Source: Candidatus Eremiobacteria bacterium (GTDB taxonomy: Bacteria > Vulcanimicrobiota > Vulcanimicrobiia > Vulcanimicrobiales > Vulcanimicrobiaceae). From it: DNA of 64,000 nt. The notes below the pieces were generated by a model. It saw only the letters and a list, made by a program, of their open reading frames with translations. It did no database searches and was not told the origin of the DNA. Both the position numbers and the translations under genes were made by a program. The stretch covers positions 2,048,001 to 2,112,000 of the forward strand of contig CAVTRC010000001.1 in assembly GCA_963737065.1 (NCBI GenBank). The letters run 5' to 3'. This document shows, piece by piece, positions 19,399-31,300 of the stretch (the first letter of the stretch is position 1; each line of letters opens with the position of its first letter).

Positions 19399-19479
19399 GG
19401 CCGAGATGGCGAGCATATTGCGATGCGTGCTCGCGTACATACCTCGGTACGCCGAGCGGCTTTGCGGAGAACCAAACGG

Positions 19480-20013
19480 ACACGCTCCCCTACGTCGGCA
19501 CGTTGCTGGGCGGGATGGTGGCGCAGTGCGATTGTGGTGACCGCGCTCGTATCCACGCTGACGACGCTCTGGACGACGATTTTGTACCTGTCGCGGTCGG
19601 CATTTGCGATGGGCCGCGACCGGCTGTTGCCCCGCGCGCTCGGCGAACTCGACCGGCGCGACGAACCGCTGTGGTCGCTCGCGGTCGTGGCCGTCCTCGT
19701 GACGGTATGCGAACTGGTTACCGGCTTTTCAAAGACGGCGACCGATCAACTTCAGCTCGTGCTCAATGCCAGCTCGGTTTTCCTCGGCCTGCTATTCGTG
19801 TTATCCGCCTTCGCAGCCGTGCGGCGGTTCAGGCACGACCGTAGCGCATCGTTGAGCAGCGTTATCATTCCTTCGGTCGGCGGCATCGCGTTGCTCGGCG
19901 TTCTCGCAGCAACGATCGCGGTCGAAGACCCCACCCTCCGCTGGTATGCGTGGTCGGGCATCGTCTTGGGTATACCGTTCGCACTCTGGCGCGGTCGGGT
20001 TCTGCGAGGGTAG
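19480..20013 (+). pseudogene. C-terminal fragment of an APC-family amino-acid permease
   Basis: SRSAFAMGRDRLLP motif and several TM helices; the N-terminal part is absent. Confidence 0.6.
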
Positions 20014-20163
20014 AACCACGGTTTGCCTTCATGGTGCAGGGGAACGCTCGGAGTCCCCCAAACAAACCGCGCCAGCGTTCTCACCCGGACGCAAAATTTG
20101 TTTACACGGGGTCCGTAGCGGGGCTTCAGCGCCTCGCCGTCGATCCTTCGTGAGGGTCTGTAC

Positions 20164-20688
20164 TTGAACGAAAAAGAGATTATACTCACCGCCGAAGGCC
20201 TGGCGAAACTCCAGAACGAGCTCGATGAGCTCAAAACCGTCCATCGCAAAGAGGTCAACGACCGGATACGCCAGGCGAAAGAGTACGGTGACCTGAGCGA
20301 AAACGCCGAGTACGAGGATGCCAAGCAAGAGCAGGCGTTCATCGAAGGCCGTATCCTCAAACTCGAAGCGATGATTCGTAACTCGCGCATCATCGATGAA
20401 TCCGAATACGCAGCCGACGAAGTTCACTTGGGTGCGACCGTCAAGGTCAAAGACCTCAAGAACAACGACAGCTACGAGTTTCACATCGTCGGATCAGCGG
20501 AAGCGGACCCAACCGCGAAGCGCATCTCGAACGAATCGCCCCTCGGCCGCGCGCTCATCGGTCACAAGAAGGGCGAGACGGTCGACGTTTCCACGCCGCG
20601 CGGCGTCGTGAAATACAAGATCGAAGCGATCAAGAACGGCAACGGCGCAGTCGCGCCCGCAAAGAAGGCTGCAAAAAAAGCGTCTTAG
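20164..20688 (+). CDS. greA: transcription elongation factor GreA
   Basis: GDLSENAEY and ISNESPLGRALIG motifs. Confidence 0.95.
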   Translation: MNEKEIILTAEGLAKLQNELDELKTVHRKEVNDRIRQAKEYGDLSENAEYEDAKQEQAFIEGRILKLEAMIRNSRIIDESEYAADEVHLGATVKVKDLKNNDSYEFHIVGSAEADPTAKRISNESPLGRALIGHKKGETVDVSTPRGVVKYKIEAIKNGNGAVAPAKKAAKKAS

Positions 20689-20716
20689 CCCGACGAGGTT
20701 CCCGGTTGTCATAGCG

Positions 20717-20863
20717 CGACGAGGTCCCGATCTATGAACCTTCGCGACGTACCGTCTTTTAGGCGCGCCCTAGGGGAGAGCTTCGTGTTCCTCACTTCTG
20801 TCGCGCGTCATGGTTAGGGGGCCCCACGAAGTGGGCGGCGCCGAGTCCGGGGCGGAGCGCCTT
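20717..20863 (+). repeat. ~150-nt structured element, copy B, overlapping the lysS 5' region
   Basis: Same ordered conserved blocks as copy A at 17836. Confidence 0.75.
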
Positions 20864-22357
20864 ACGACCGGGAAAAGTGAAGCTGCGCTTGTAGCGGCCA
20901 GACGCCAAAATCTGGCCGCTTTGCGTTCGCGCGGTTGCGACCCGTTTGAAGCGCGCCGCTTCACCGTCGATACGACCGCGGAGCAGTTGTTGCGCCAGTA
21001 TGAAGTGCTTGACGTCGGTCAGCATGCCGAGTCCGAGAACTGGAACATCGCCGGACGATTGATGTCGATCCGCACCGCCGGCAAAACACTTTTCGCCGAT
21101 CTGCACGACCGCACCGGCCGCCTGCAACTCTACGTTCGCAAAGATGAACTCGGCGACGAGCGGTTCGCGCAGTGGAACGATTTGGACCGCGGCGACATCA
21201 TCGGCGCGACGGGTTTCATGTTTCGTTCGAAAAAGGGCGACTTGACGCTGCACGTTCGTTCGTTCGAAATACTTGCAAAAGGATTGATGCCGCTGCCTGA
21301 TAAGTGGCATGGGCTGCAAGACGTCGAAAAGCGCTATCGGCAGCGGTACGTCGATCTCATCGTCAATTCTGAGGTTCGCGACACGATGATGATGCGCAGC
21401 CGCATCTTCGCCGAGGCGCGCCGCTTCATCGACGGCCATGGTTTCTACGAATGCGAAACGCCCACGCTGCTTCACGTGGCCGGGGGCGCAGCCGCGCGGC
21501 CGTTCCTAACGCACGTCAACGCGCTTTCGGGTGAGGAGATGCAACTTCGCATTGCGACCGAGTTGAATCTCAAGCGATTGATCGTCGGTGGAATGGAGCG
21601 CGTCTACGAGATCGGGCGAATTTTCCGCAACGAGGGCATCGACACGACGCACAATCCTGAGTTTACGATGCTCGAACTGTATGCGGCGTACTGGGACGTT
21701 CACGACATGATGGAGTTCAATGAAGCTTTGATCGCGCATCTCGTGAACGTGGTGAGCGGCGGCGACGATAAGCTGACCGTCGGCGAGCGCACGATCTCAT
21801 TTGCGCGTCCGTTCAAGCGCATCTCGTACCTGGACGGCATCGCGCAACATTCCGGTGGCCGATTCACCCGCGAACGTCTGCTCGATGCGACCGCGGCGGA
21901 CGAAATTCTAAAAGAACTCGAGTTGCCGAAGTCGCCGACGCACGGACACGCCCTCGATAAAATCTTCGAACGGGTGTTGGAGCCGCATTTGATCGAGCCG
22001 ACGTTCGTCATGGACTATCCCGTCATCATTTCGCCGCTTTCGAAGCGGAAGGCCGGTGACGCCGACCTGGTCGATCGCTACGAACTGTTCTGCAACAACA
22101 TGGAGATTTCGAACGCATTCACCGAGCTGAACGATCCGGACGATCAGCGCGCGCGCTTCGAAGCACAAGTCCGCGAACGCGCCCAAGGAGACGAAGAGAT
22201 TCCCCATCCGGATTGGGATTTCGTGCGGGCGCTCGAGTACGGTATGCCGCCGACGGCCGGCATCGGGATCGGCATGGATCGCCTCGTCATGCTCCTGACG
22301 AACAACACCTCGATCCGCGACGTCCTGCTCTTCCCGCTCCAGCGGCAGCACGGATAA
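20810..22357 (+). CDS. lysS: lysine--tRNA ligase, class II (start uncertain)
   Basis: RYRQRYVDL, GGAAARPF, FRNEG..THNPEFT and YGMPPTAGIGIGMDRL motifs. Confidence 0.95.
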   Translation: MVRGPHEVGGAESGAERLTTGKSEAALVAARRQNLAALRSRGCDPFEARRFTVDTTAEQLLRQYEVLDVGQHAESENWNIAGRLMSIRTAGKTLFADLHDRTGRLQLYVRKDELGDERFAQWNDLDRGDIIGATGFMFRSKKGDLTLHVRSFEILAKGLMPLPDKWHGLQDVEKRYRQRYVDLIVNSEVRDTMMMRSRIFAEARRFIDGHGFYECETPTLLHVAGGAAARPFLTHVNALSGEEMQLRIATELNLKRLIVGGMERVYEIGRIFRNEGIDTTHNPEFTMLELYAAYWDVHDMMEFNEALIAHLVNVVSGGDDKLTVGERTISFARPFKRISYLDGIAQHSGGRFTRERLLDATAADEILKELELPKSPTHGHALDKIFERVLEPHLIEPTFVMDYPVIISPLSKRKAGDADLVDRYELFCNNMEISNAFTELNDPDDQRARFEAQVRERAQGDEEIPHPDWDFVRALEYGMPPTAGIGIGMDRLVMLLTNNTSIRDVLLFPLQRQHG

Positions 22358-22433
22358 AAAGCAAACGCCGCGAGGCCCCTCCGGCGTCGTGCATGAATCA
22401 ATCAATCTCGCTTTCGTTATGAAGGGGCGTCGC

Positions 22434-23547
22434 ATGTCGTTTGGTCGTGCGTTTGCGGTTTTCGGTGTTGCTGCGATGCTCGCGGGCTGCGCAGGCGGAG
22501 GGACGAGCGGTGGTGGCAATGGGAACGTGAGCCCGCCGGCCGCCCCATCGAGCGCGAACATGACGAAGAAGAGCGTTCAGCGCGCTGACGTGCAAAGTTC
22601 GCTTGCCGGCGTGCAGGCGATGCGCGAAGCCGTTGGCCCGGGCACGAGCGCTTTCGTCCGTCAACGCAACGCTTTGAAAGCCGCGGTAGCGAAAGCGCGG
22701 CGCGCGGGAATGTTCGGCATACTGCACCCGATGGCGACGGCAACGAGTGACCCGAATTGCAACGGAAGCGGTTCGTCGGAATCAACAGCGCCCGGGTCGA
22801 ACGGCTCGGTCGTCATTACGGTGTCGACGTATTATGATTCCGCGTGCACCGATATCGAGAGCGTCATCGTATGGACCGCGACACAAAGCGGAAGCACCGT
22901 GAACGGGCCCGCGACCGTTACGCTGTACTCGAAGAACGGGACCGTGACCGAAACAGCCTCGGCGCAAGTGCAGTTCATCTACAGCGACTCCACGCTCTCC
23001 GTGGTGACCGGGATCTCGATCCTGATGACGAGCATTGTGGATAACGGGAAAAATCAGGGCGAACTCGGTGTCGGCTGTAACATTGCGTCCGCGACGACGA
23101 TTTCGTGCGGAGTGGCAGTCGCTGCCGACGTGTACGCGGCGCAGATCGAAGAGGGCGCGAACGTCAGCTTCACGGCGACGCATGACGTCGAGCGGCGCAT
23201 CGATGTCGATGCAGGCGAGCGCATATCAAAGTTCGCTCGACGCGTTATCGATCGCTCCGGCGCAGTTCCCGGACTGGACGATTTCGCCCGCGTCCACGCA
23301 AACCGGATCCGTAGCGATCAGCGGCTCGGAAATCGGTTTGAGCGTTTCGCTGACCGTTGCGGATACGACGAATGCGGGTTCGGTCGCTATTAGCGGTACG
23401 GTGAGCGGCACGGTGAAGGGAACGCTGCGGCGCAACGACACCAATGCGACCGTCGGCGGCTTCACAATCGACGAATTCGGCAACGGCACGTTGACATACG
23501 GCGACGGCACGCAGGTGCAAATCGTGAACTACGCAGTACAGGGGTAG
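22434..23547 (+). CDS. Ser/Thr/Gly-rich lipoprotein; frameshift near 23180
   Basis: Lipobox MLAGC. Composition continues in the 23035..23547 frame. Confidence 0.6.
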
Positions 23548-23691
23548 AGTGGACGGGGAAAAGTGCGCTCACGAGCAGTGCACGTGTTACGTCGATCTCG
23601 GTGAGACGTATTGTGCTCGGCACTGCCGCGAAGCGGAGGAACAAGATCCCGATGCGGCGCCCGCGAGCCGGTGCGGCTGCCGCCATGTCGA

Positions 23692-24498
23692 GTGCGCGAA
23701 CGGCAGTTAACGACGACGATTCGCGCGGCGGTGGAATATGACGGCTCGCGATTCTTCGGCTTTCAATTTCAACCCGCCGCACGAACCGTTGCGGGCGAAT
23801 TAGAGCGTGCGCTTTCGTCACTGCTGCAAGAGCCGGTAAAGATTTCGGGAGCCGGGCGAACCGACACCGGCGTCCACGCGAGCGGGCAAGTCATTTCGTT
23901 TAGCACTGTTCGCTCTTTTCCATTCGAGCGTCTTGCGGTCGCGTGCAATAGCAGACTTCCCGACGACGTCTCCGTCCGCGATGTCGCAATCGTCGACGCA
24001 CCGTTCTCGGCGCGTTTCTCCGCTCGTTCACGCACCTACGTCTATGCTATTCTTCGTCGCAAGGACCGCTCTGCGTTGCTTGCACGCCGCGCGTACCACG
24101 TGTACGGCACGCTCGACGTGGACGCTATGCGCGAAGGCGCGAAGCATCTAATCGGCGAGCACGACTTCCGTTCGTTTTGTGGAATGCTGCCGGAGGGCGG
24201 CGTGACGATTCGCACTGTGCGCGCGCTCGACATCGGCGAATCCGGCGAGTACCTGCGCGTGCAGATTTCCGCCGACGGCTTTTTACACCGCATGGTCCGC
24301 ACGATCGTCGGAACGCTTGTCGAGTGCGGGCTGGAGCGCCGCGATCCCACGACGATCCCGGATGTGTTGGACGCAAAGGCGCGCGCCGCCGCCGGATTAA
24401 CCGCGCCCGCACACGGGTTGTATTTGGCGGGTGTCCGTTATGAGGACGGGTACGATTCGTACGCGGAGCCGCCCGTATTCGTATGGAGCGCATCATGA
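23692..24498 (+). CDS. truA: tRNA pseudouridine(38-40) synthase
   Basis: YDGSRFFGFQ, GAGRTDTGVHA, GFLHRMVR and TAPAHGLYL motifs. Confidence 0.95.
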   Translation: MRERQLTTTIRAAVEYDGSRFFGFQFQPAARTVAGELERALSSLLQEPVKISGAGRTDTGVHASGQVISFSTVRSFPFERLAVACNSRLPDDVSVRDVAIVDAPFSARFSARSRTYVYAILRRKDRSALLARRAYHVYGTLDVDAMREGAKHLIGEHDFRSFCGMLPEGGVTIRTVRALDIGESGEYLRVQISADGFLHRMVRTIVGTLVECGLERRDPTTIPDVLDAKARAAAGLTAPAHGLYLAGVRYEDGYDSYAEPPVFVWSAS

Positions 24499-24515
24499 CC
24501 GAGAAGCGCGTTGCG

Positions 24516-24920
24516 CTATCGGCCAATCTCTTCCAGCAGCCGCTGCAGCTGTTTCGTTTGGCCGATGCTGAGCCGACGTAAAAGCTTCGCCCCGCGTTCG
24601 CCGGCTGCGGTTGCCGCCTCATCGACCAGCGCACGTCCGCCGCCGTAAGGAAAACATGCGAGGCGCGGCCGTCGCCCGGGGTCGCGTTTGCGCTCGACGA
24701 TTCCGCGTTTCTCGAGCGGCAGAAGCGCGCGCGTAACGCCCGAAGGAGTGAGATGAAGGTCGTGTGCGAGTTCGGTCGGGCGGCGGCCGCTTTCCGCACC
24801 TCGTAGCGCGAGGAGCAGGCGCAGTTCGGCGAAGCTCAAGCCGGCGACTTCGAGCGACCGCGTCGCGACGGCGTGTGCGGACGCGAGCGCCAAGAGCGTT
24901 TCCATTGCATCGGTGGACAT
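24516..24920 (-). CDS. MarR family transcriptional regulator (short stretch frameshifted)
   Basis: ELAHDLHLTPSGVTRAL..LEKRGIVER. The expected DGRASHVFLTAA wing lies in an alternative frame. Confidence 0.8.
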   Translation of the reverse strand: MSTDAMETLLALASAHAVATRSLEVAGLSFAELRLLLALRGAESGRRPTELAHDLHLTPSGVTRALLPLEKRGIVERKRDPGRRPRLACFPYGGGRALVDEAATAAGERGAKLLRRLSIGQTKQLQRLLEEIGR

Positions 24921-25071
24921 AGCTGGACGTATATTTGATATGTCAAATACTTGTCAAATGGTTTTCGCTCGTAAAAATCGCTTGACGGCCGCCCCGGGAC
25001 AACCGCTAAGATGCGTAAGTTCGCCGCGCCCGACGGCGCGACGGATCTACTTTCTGGTCAGGATACTTTCG

Positions 25072-25496
25072 ATGCGAACGACGCTACAAAAAACCGCCGA
25101 GACGAAGGCCGATTGGTACGTCGTCGACGCGGCCGGGCAACGTCTCGGTACGCTCGCCGTGCGCATTGCGCGCGCGCTCTCCGGTAAACACAAACCTACG
25201 TGGACCCCGCATATCGACAACGGCGATTACGTCATTGTGATCAACGCCGAGAGAATCGAGCTCGGCGGAAAGAAGTGGGACGAGAAAGTCTACCACGATC
25301 ACAGCGGCTTCCCGGGCGGGCTCAAGACGAAGACCGCGCGTGAGATTCACGAGAAGCATCCACGCGCCTCATCGAAAAAGCCGTGCGCGGCATGCTTCCG
25401 ACGAATCGGATGCGCGACGTTCAACTGGGCCGGTTGAAAGTCTACACCGGGCCGTCGCATGCACACGACGCGCAGAAGCCGCAACCGCTGTTCTAG
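25072..25496 (+). CDS. rplM: 50S ribosomal protein L13; frameshift near 25362, likely sequencing error
   Basis: WYVVDA..LGTLA and [15 protein letters not shown], then [10 protein letters not shown]...[16 protein letters not shown] in the next frame. Confidence 0.92.
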
Positions 25497-25504
25497 GAGT
25501 ATTC

Positions 25505-25897
25505 TTGGACACCAATCAGATTCAAGCCACCGGACGACGCAAGCGCGCAATCGCGCGAGTGAAGCTCGTCCTCGGCCAAGGCATCATCACCGTCAATAAA
25601 AAGCCGATCGAAGAGTACTTCCCGCGTCCACAACTCCAACAGATCGTTCGTCAGCCGCTCGAAGCAACGCAGAGCGGCGGTCGCTTTGACGTCGTCGTCA
25701 AAGCGGAAGGCGGCGGCGTGACCGGACAAGCCGGTGCCGTACGTCACGGTATCGCGCGGGCGCTGGTGGAGATGGACGCTTCGTTCAAAGAGATTTTGCG
25801 TAAGAACGGTTTTCTCACCCGCGATCCGCGCGAAAAAGAATCGAAGAAGTACGGTCGCAAGCGCGCTCGTAAACGCTTCCAGTTCTCGAAGCGCTAA
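25505..25897 (+). CDS. rpsI: 30S ribosomal protein S9
   Basis: [21 protein letters not shown] and [17 protein letters not shown] motifs. Confidence 0.97.
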   Translation: MDTNQIQATGRRKRAIARVKLVLGQGIITVNKKPIEEYFPRPQLQQIVRQPLEATQSGGRFDVVVKAEGGGVTGQAGAVRHGIARALVEMDASFKEILRKNGFLTRDPREKESKKYGRKRARKRFQFSKR

Positions 25898-25920
25898 TTT
25901 CGAGCGAATTGCGTATCAAC

Positions 25921-27005
25921 ATGAGAAATGGGAGCCGCCCTTTGGGCGGCTCCTTTGCTTTATCGCTTGTTCCCGCCATCGGCATTGCGCTCGGCGTGCT
26001 GACATTGCTCGTTCCCTCCAACGCACAGTGGGTCGAAAGCGTCTTTGCCAACGGCGTCTATCCGCAGTGGGAGCGCGCCGATCTTTCCGGTCACGAACGC
26101 GATGCCATGGTCGCTGGGCGACGTTGCGGTTGCACTCGGCATCGTCTTACTCGTCTGGCGCGTTCCGATTTGGTTTCGGAACCGCACGAAGATCGCGCGA
26201 TGGCGACGTATTGCGCTGACGGTCGTCGAACTGCTGGGCATCGCCGGCCTCTATTACTTCTGGTTCGAAGCGAGCTGGGGATGGAACTACAATCGCGCGC
26301 CGATCGAATCACGCGTGTTGTACCGTGCGTCCGCTGTAACGCCGCACGCGGTCGACGACCTTCGTCGGCGCGCGATAACGCAGCTCAATCGCCTCGCGCC
26401 GCTGGCTCACGCGAGACCGAACGGTCAGTTTGACCTGTCGCACATTGTACGTCGCATGGCTTCCTGTCGTGCAAGCCGGCGGCGATACGTGGACGCCGCT
26501 CACCGGTGCGCCGAAGCCGACGCTGTTCGACCCGTTCATGGATGCGACCGGAACCAGCGGTTTCATCAACCCGCTCACGTTGAACGTTCATCTCGCGAGC
26601 GACTTGCTCTGGTTCGAGCGTCCTTTTTCGCTCGCGCACGAGTGGAGTCACGTCGCCGCGTACGCTCGCGAAGATGAAGCAAATTACATCGCCATCGTCA
26701 CGTGCACGCGCTCGCCCGATCCGGTGCTCGCGTACTCCGGCTGGTTGGAGCTCTTCCTCTATCTGCCGCCGCTGGCGAAATATTCAAACACGACGTTCGT
26801 GCCGGACGTATGGCGCGATTTCGCGGCGCTGAGAAAGCGCAATGCGCAGCGCATCAACGCGCGCCTCGCGTCCGTATCTTGGCATACGTACAACTCGTAT
26901 CTACAAAGCAACCACATCCCCAGCGGCGTCGCAAACTACAACGAGGTGACGCGGCTCTATCTCGGTGTGACGCTCAGCGCAAGCGGCATTCCGGTCTCTC
27001 GGTAG
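25921..27005 (+). CDS. DUF3810-like membrane Zn-peptidase; two frameshifts (~26078, ~26432)
   Basis: WVESVFANGVYP, PWSLGD, WGWNYNR and HEWSH..A.EDEANY motifs spread over three frames. Confidence 0.7.
25931..25960 (+). terminator. intrinsic terminator after rplM-rpsI
   Basis: GGAGCCGCCC-TTT-GGGCGGCTCC-TTTGCTTT. Confidence 0.7.
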
Positions 27006-27056
27006 TTCTGTTTCTGCTCATTCTCAGGGTAAACCGGCACAGTGTCCCGTGGAAAG

Positions 27057-28301
27057 ATGAGAGATCCTGCGCGACTTGCCGGTGCCGGCGCGTTAGCCGC
27101 CGTTTTGTTGTTTACCGTTCCGCTCGCGGCGTGCGCGAGACACGAACGAGCGCCCCGGCAGCAGACGCCGTACGTCACGACGGCGGTCGCCAACGTCGGC
27201 GACATCGTGCCATCTTCTTCGATGTCCGGTCTCATCGCGCCGTTCGAAGAGGTTGCCATCCAGAGCTCGCTCGCCGAACCCGCCGATGCGGTGTACGTGC
27301 AGGAAGGCGATCACGTGACGAAGGGCGAGCTTCTTGCGCGGTTGGACACCGCTGATTTGCAAGCGGAAGTTCAATCGGACCTGGCAACCGCGCAGAGCAA
27401 TCAGGCGAACACGCAACATAACATCTACTCCGGCAGCGCGACGATTACGCAAGGCAATCAGCAACTCTCCGGTGCGCGCGCCACGCTCGTGCGCGATCAG
27501 GGCGTGCTCGCACGCGATCAGCAGTTGTACCGCCAAGGGTATGTCTCGCTCCAGCAAGTTCAGTCGGACGAAGCGACCGTGAGGAACGACGAAGCTAACG
27601 TTCGCGCTGCGCAAGCTACGGTTTCGGCAAACGGCCCCAGCATCAACGCGCCGGGCGCGCAGTCCGCGACCGTCGCGCAGTCGCGCGCGCAAGTTGCCGT
27701 CGCACTGGCGCAAGCGCAGCAGATTCGAGTCCAAATTTCAAAAGCGACGATCGTTTCTCCGATCGACGGCGTCGTCGTCAATCGCAATTTGAATCCCGGA
27801 GAATATCCCGGGAACCGTCAGATTTTCACGCTACAGCAAGTGAAACCGGCGTATGCAATTCTGCGCGGATCAGCAGCCCAAGTCGAGGGCATAACGAGCG
27901 GCACCGTTGCGTCGATTTCAGTCGCCGGCGCACGCAGCTCAAACTTACGCGGCAACGTCGTCGGCGTGCTCAACGAGATTCAGCCCGGTTCGACCGAATT
28001 CCAAGTCAAGGTGCTGCTGCCCAACGAAGATGAATCGCTGCGACCCGGTATGGCGGTTGAGGGCAAGCTGCGTCTGCCTGCCGTGCGCGGCGTACGAATT
28101 CCGCAGACGGCGTTCACCGACGACAACCATGATGCCTTACAGATCGTGCAGCCGGACAGCACCGTTAGGACCGTGAAAGTTTCCGAGCGCGCAAACGATG
28201 GGACGACGTCGGTCGTGACGGGCATCGCCTCCGGAACTCGCATCGTCGCAAACGGTCAAACGAGCATCGGCGACGGCGAGAAGATTTCGTACCGGCCATG
28301 A
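27057..28301 (+). CDS. RND efflux periplasmic adaptor (membrane fusion protein), lipoprotein
   Basis: LAAC lipobox, VQEGDHVTKGELLARLD, IVSPIDGVV and LRPGM motifs. Confidence 0.9.
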   Translation: MRDPARLAGAGALAAVLLFTVPLAACARHERAPRQQTPYVTTAVANVGDIVPSSSMSGLIAPFEEVAIQSSLAEPADAVYVQEGDHVTKGELLARLDTADLQAEVQSDLATAQSNQANTQHNIYSGSATITQGNQQLSGARATLVRDQGVLARDQQLYRQGYVSLQQVQSDEATVRNDEANVRAAQATVSANGPSINAPGAQSATVAQSRAQVAVALAQAQQIRVQISKATIVSPIDGVVVNRNLNPGEYPGNRQIFTLQQVKPAYAILRGSAAQVEGITSGTVASISVAGARSSNLRGNVVGVLNEIQPGSTEFQVKVLLPNEDESLRPGMAVEGKLRLPAVRGVRIPQTAFTDDNHDALQIVQPDSTVRTVKVSERANDGTTSVVTGIASGTRIVANGQTSIGDGEKISYRP

Positions 28302-31300
28302 ACGGCTTCAGCTTAACCCGCCTCTTCGTCCACCGGCCCACGCTCGTTTTCGTCATCGTCGCGCTGATGATGTTCGCCGGTATTCTCTCGATGATGTTGA
28401 TCCCAAAGGAACTGTTTCCGAACGTTAGTCAACCGACCATTACGATTTCCGTCGGGTATAGCGGCGCGTCCGTTACGGAAATGCGCGATGAGATTGTCAA
28501 ACCGATCGAAGAAAACTTGGCCGGTACGCCCGATTTGCAGACGATCAATAGCGTCGTGCAGCAAGGGCAAGCGACGATCTCTGCGACGTTCGACATTCAG
28601 TCCGATACGGCGACCGATCTCGCGCTGACGAATAAAGCCGTACAGGCGTCGCAACGTCTCTTGCCGGCGAACATTCAACAGCCGACGGTCAATCTGCGCG
28701 ATCCCGCCGAATCGGTGGTGGTGACGCTCGCGCTGCATTCCGCGAAGCTCAGCCTCTCAGAATTGTCGCAGCTCGCGCAAAACGAAGTGGTTCCGCAGGT
28801 GGAGCAAGTTCCGGGCATTTCATTTGCGAACGTCGGTGGCGTCGTGACGCCGGCGTACGAGATCGAAGTCGATCCGGTCAAGTTGGCGGCCGCGAACCTG
28901 ACGCTGAACGACGTCATCAATACCGTCTCGAGCGATAACCAGCGCGTTCCCGGAGGTTTCGCGTATGAGCCCAACCGGCAGACCGCCGTCGAAGTGCGTG
29001 GCGACATCACGTCGCTCGATACGGTTCGCAACCTTCCGATTCTGACCGGATCGGGCGCCGCAGGATCAACGCCGAACGGTGCGCAGGTCGAAAATATCAA
29101 CGGCGGCGTGAACGCGCTGGCCGGCAGCGTCAATCCCTGGACGGCGAGCAACAGCGTCGTTCGTATCGCTGACGTCGCCACCGTAACGGCCGGCAACGAA
29201 CCGCGCCTGCAGTTCGCACAAGTCAGCGGCAAACCCGGCCTGTTCTTGCAGATCCAAAAGATGTCGCAAGCGAGCGAAATCGATTCGGCAAACGCGCTCC
29301 TGAAGTCGCTGCCCGAGCTCGAGCGGCAATTCCCGATGATTCAGTTCCAAATCATCAACGTGCAATCGAAATTCACCGAGCAGCAGATCTCTCTCGTCGC
29401 GCGCACGCTCGCGGAAGCGGTTCTGCTGACCGGTATCGCGATGATTTTCTTCCTGCGTTCCTGGCGAAGCGCCATTGTCGTCTGCGTCGCCATTCCGACC
29501 TCGCTTGCGATCGCGATCACCGCCATGAAGTTGATGAACATGACGATCGATACGGTCTCGCTGCTCGGGATGTCGCTCGTCATTGGTATTCTCGTCGATG
29601 ACTCGACGGTCGTCTTGGAAAACATCGAGCGGCATTTCACGGAACTGAAGGAGCCGCCCGAAGAAGCCGCGGTCCACGGCCGCGAAGAGATCGGTGCGGC
29701 GGCAGTGGTGATCACCTTGGTCGACGTCGTTGTATTCTTCCCGATTGCGTTCATTCAAGGTCAAGTGGGCCGCAATCTCTCGGAATTCGCCATCGTCGTT
29801 GTGATCTCGACTCTGACGTCCCTCTTCGTCTCGTTTACGATCACGCCGACGCTTGCGGGTTTGTGGGCGCTGCGTTCCCACTGGAAGCCGTGGCGTCCGG
29901 TTGAGTGGTTCGGAGAAAAATTCGACGACGTTCGCGACTGGTACACCAAACGCGCCCTGCCGTGGGGCATCGAACACGGCGCACTCGTCGCGGCCTTCTG
30001 CGCGATCACGTTCGGTATTGCAATCGGCATGGTCGGATTTGGTATCGTCGGTGAAGAGTTCATTCCGGGAACCGATCGGGGTGAAATCTACATCCAGCTG
30101 ACGTATCCGATCGGAACGCCGGTCAGCACGGTCTCAAAAGGGACGTTCGCGTTAGAGAAAGCGATCGACGCAAACCGAGCCGATATTCAACACGATACTG
30201 CGGTAGCGGGCGCATATTCCGCATCGTTCGGCGGATTCGTTACGCAGAGCAACGTCGGTCAAGTTCACATCTTCCTCAACGACGACCGCAAGCACCCGAC
30301 GAATTATTGGGTCGAGCAATTCAGGGCGCTGACGCGCAAACACTTGCCGGCCGATGTTCAGGCCACGGTCGTTCCGTCGACCGGTTCGCATGGAGGCAAC
30401 GCTCAGCCCATCGATCTGCTGGTTACCGACATCACGGGTGGCGATCCGACGCTCTACGCCCAGACGGTGCTCAATGCCGTGCGTCAAGTGAAGGGCGCGA
30501 CATCGGTCAACAGCAGCGGAACGGACTTGGCACCCGAAGTGTCTGTAATTTTCGATCGCCAAAAAATGCAAGCGCTCAATGTCGACATCGGAACGGCGGC
30601 GCAAGCCGTGGGCGCAGCGTTCGGCGGTAACGTTGCGACCCAGTTCGAAACGACCTCGGGACTCGAACAGGTTCAAGTCATTTATCCGCCTGCGTATCAG
30701 ACGAGTATCGCGACGCTAAAGAACGTTCCGATTCGCGCGCAGAACGGCTCCATCGTGTATTTGGGCGATTTTGCGACGCTCGAATCCACGCCCACGGCGC
30801 CCCTGATGACACGGGTCAATCGGAATACCGTCATTCATATCAACGCGAACATTGGTCCGGGCGCATCGCTCTCGTCGGTGGAAGACGCAATCATGCGGAA
30901 GATTCCGTCGCTGCACCTGCCGCCGAACATCGTCGTGCGGCCCGCGCCGCTCGGCCAGCAAGACTTCATGCATCAGACGCTCGTAGGCATCGGCACGTCG
31001 ATGATCGTGTCGGTGTTGCTCGTGTACTTGCTGATGGTCGCGCTCTACAATAGCTATCTCTCGCCGTTTATCATTATCTTCTCGGTGCCGGTCGCCGCAA
31101 TCGGCGCGCTAACGGCACTTTTCGTCACCGGCAAAACGCTCAATCTGTTCTCATTGATCGGTACGATTTTGCTCATCGGTATTGCAACAAAGAACGGAAT
31201 TCTGCTCGTTGACTACGCCAATACACTGCGCGAGCGCGGGTACGACAAGTTTCACGCGATCATGGAGAGCGCGCACGTGCGATTCCGTCCGATCATCATG

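Noticed and set aside
25340..25400. Frameshift in rplM (also at ~4297, ~4505, ~23180, ~24660, ~26078, ~26432 and ~41330) as programmed frameshifting or pseudogenisation
   Set aside because: L13 is essential, I saw no slippery motifs, and similar single-base indels are scattered through unrelated genes. Sequencing or assembly error is the simpler explanation.
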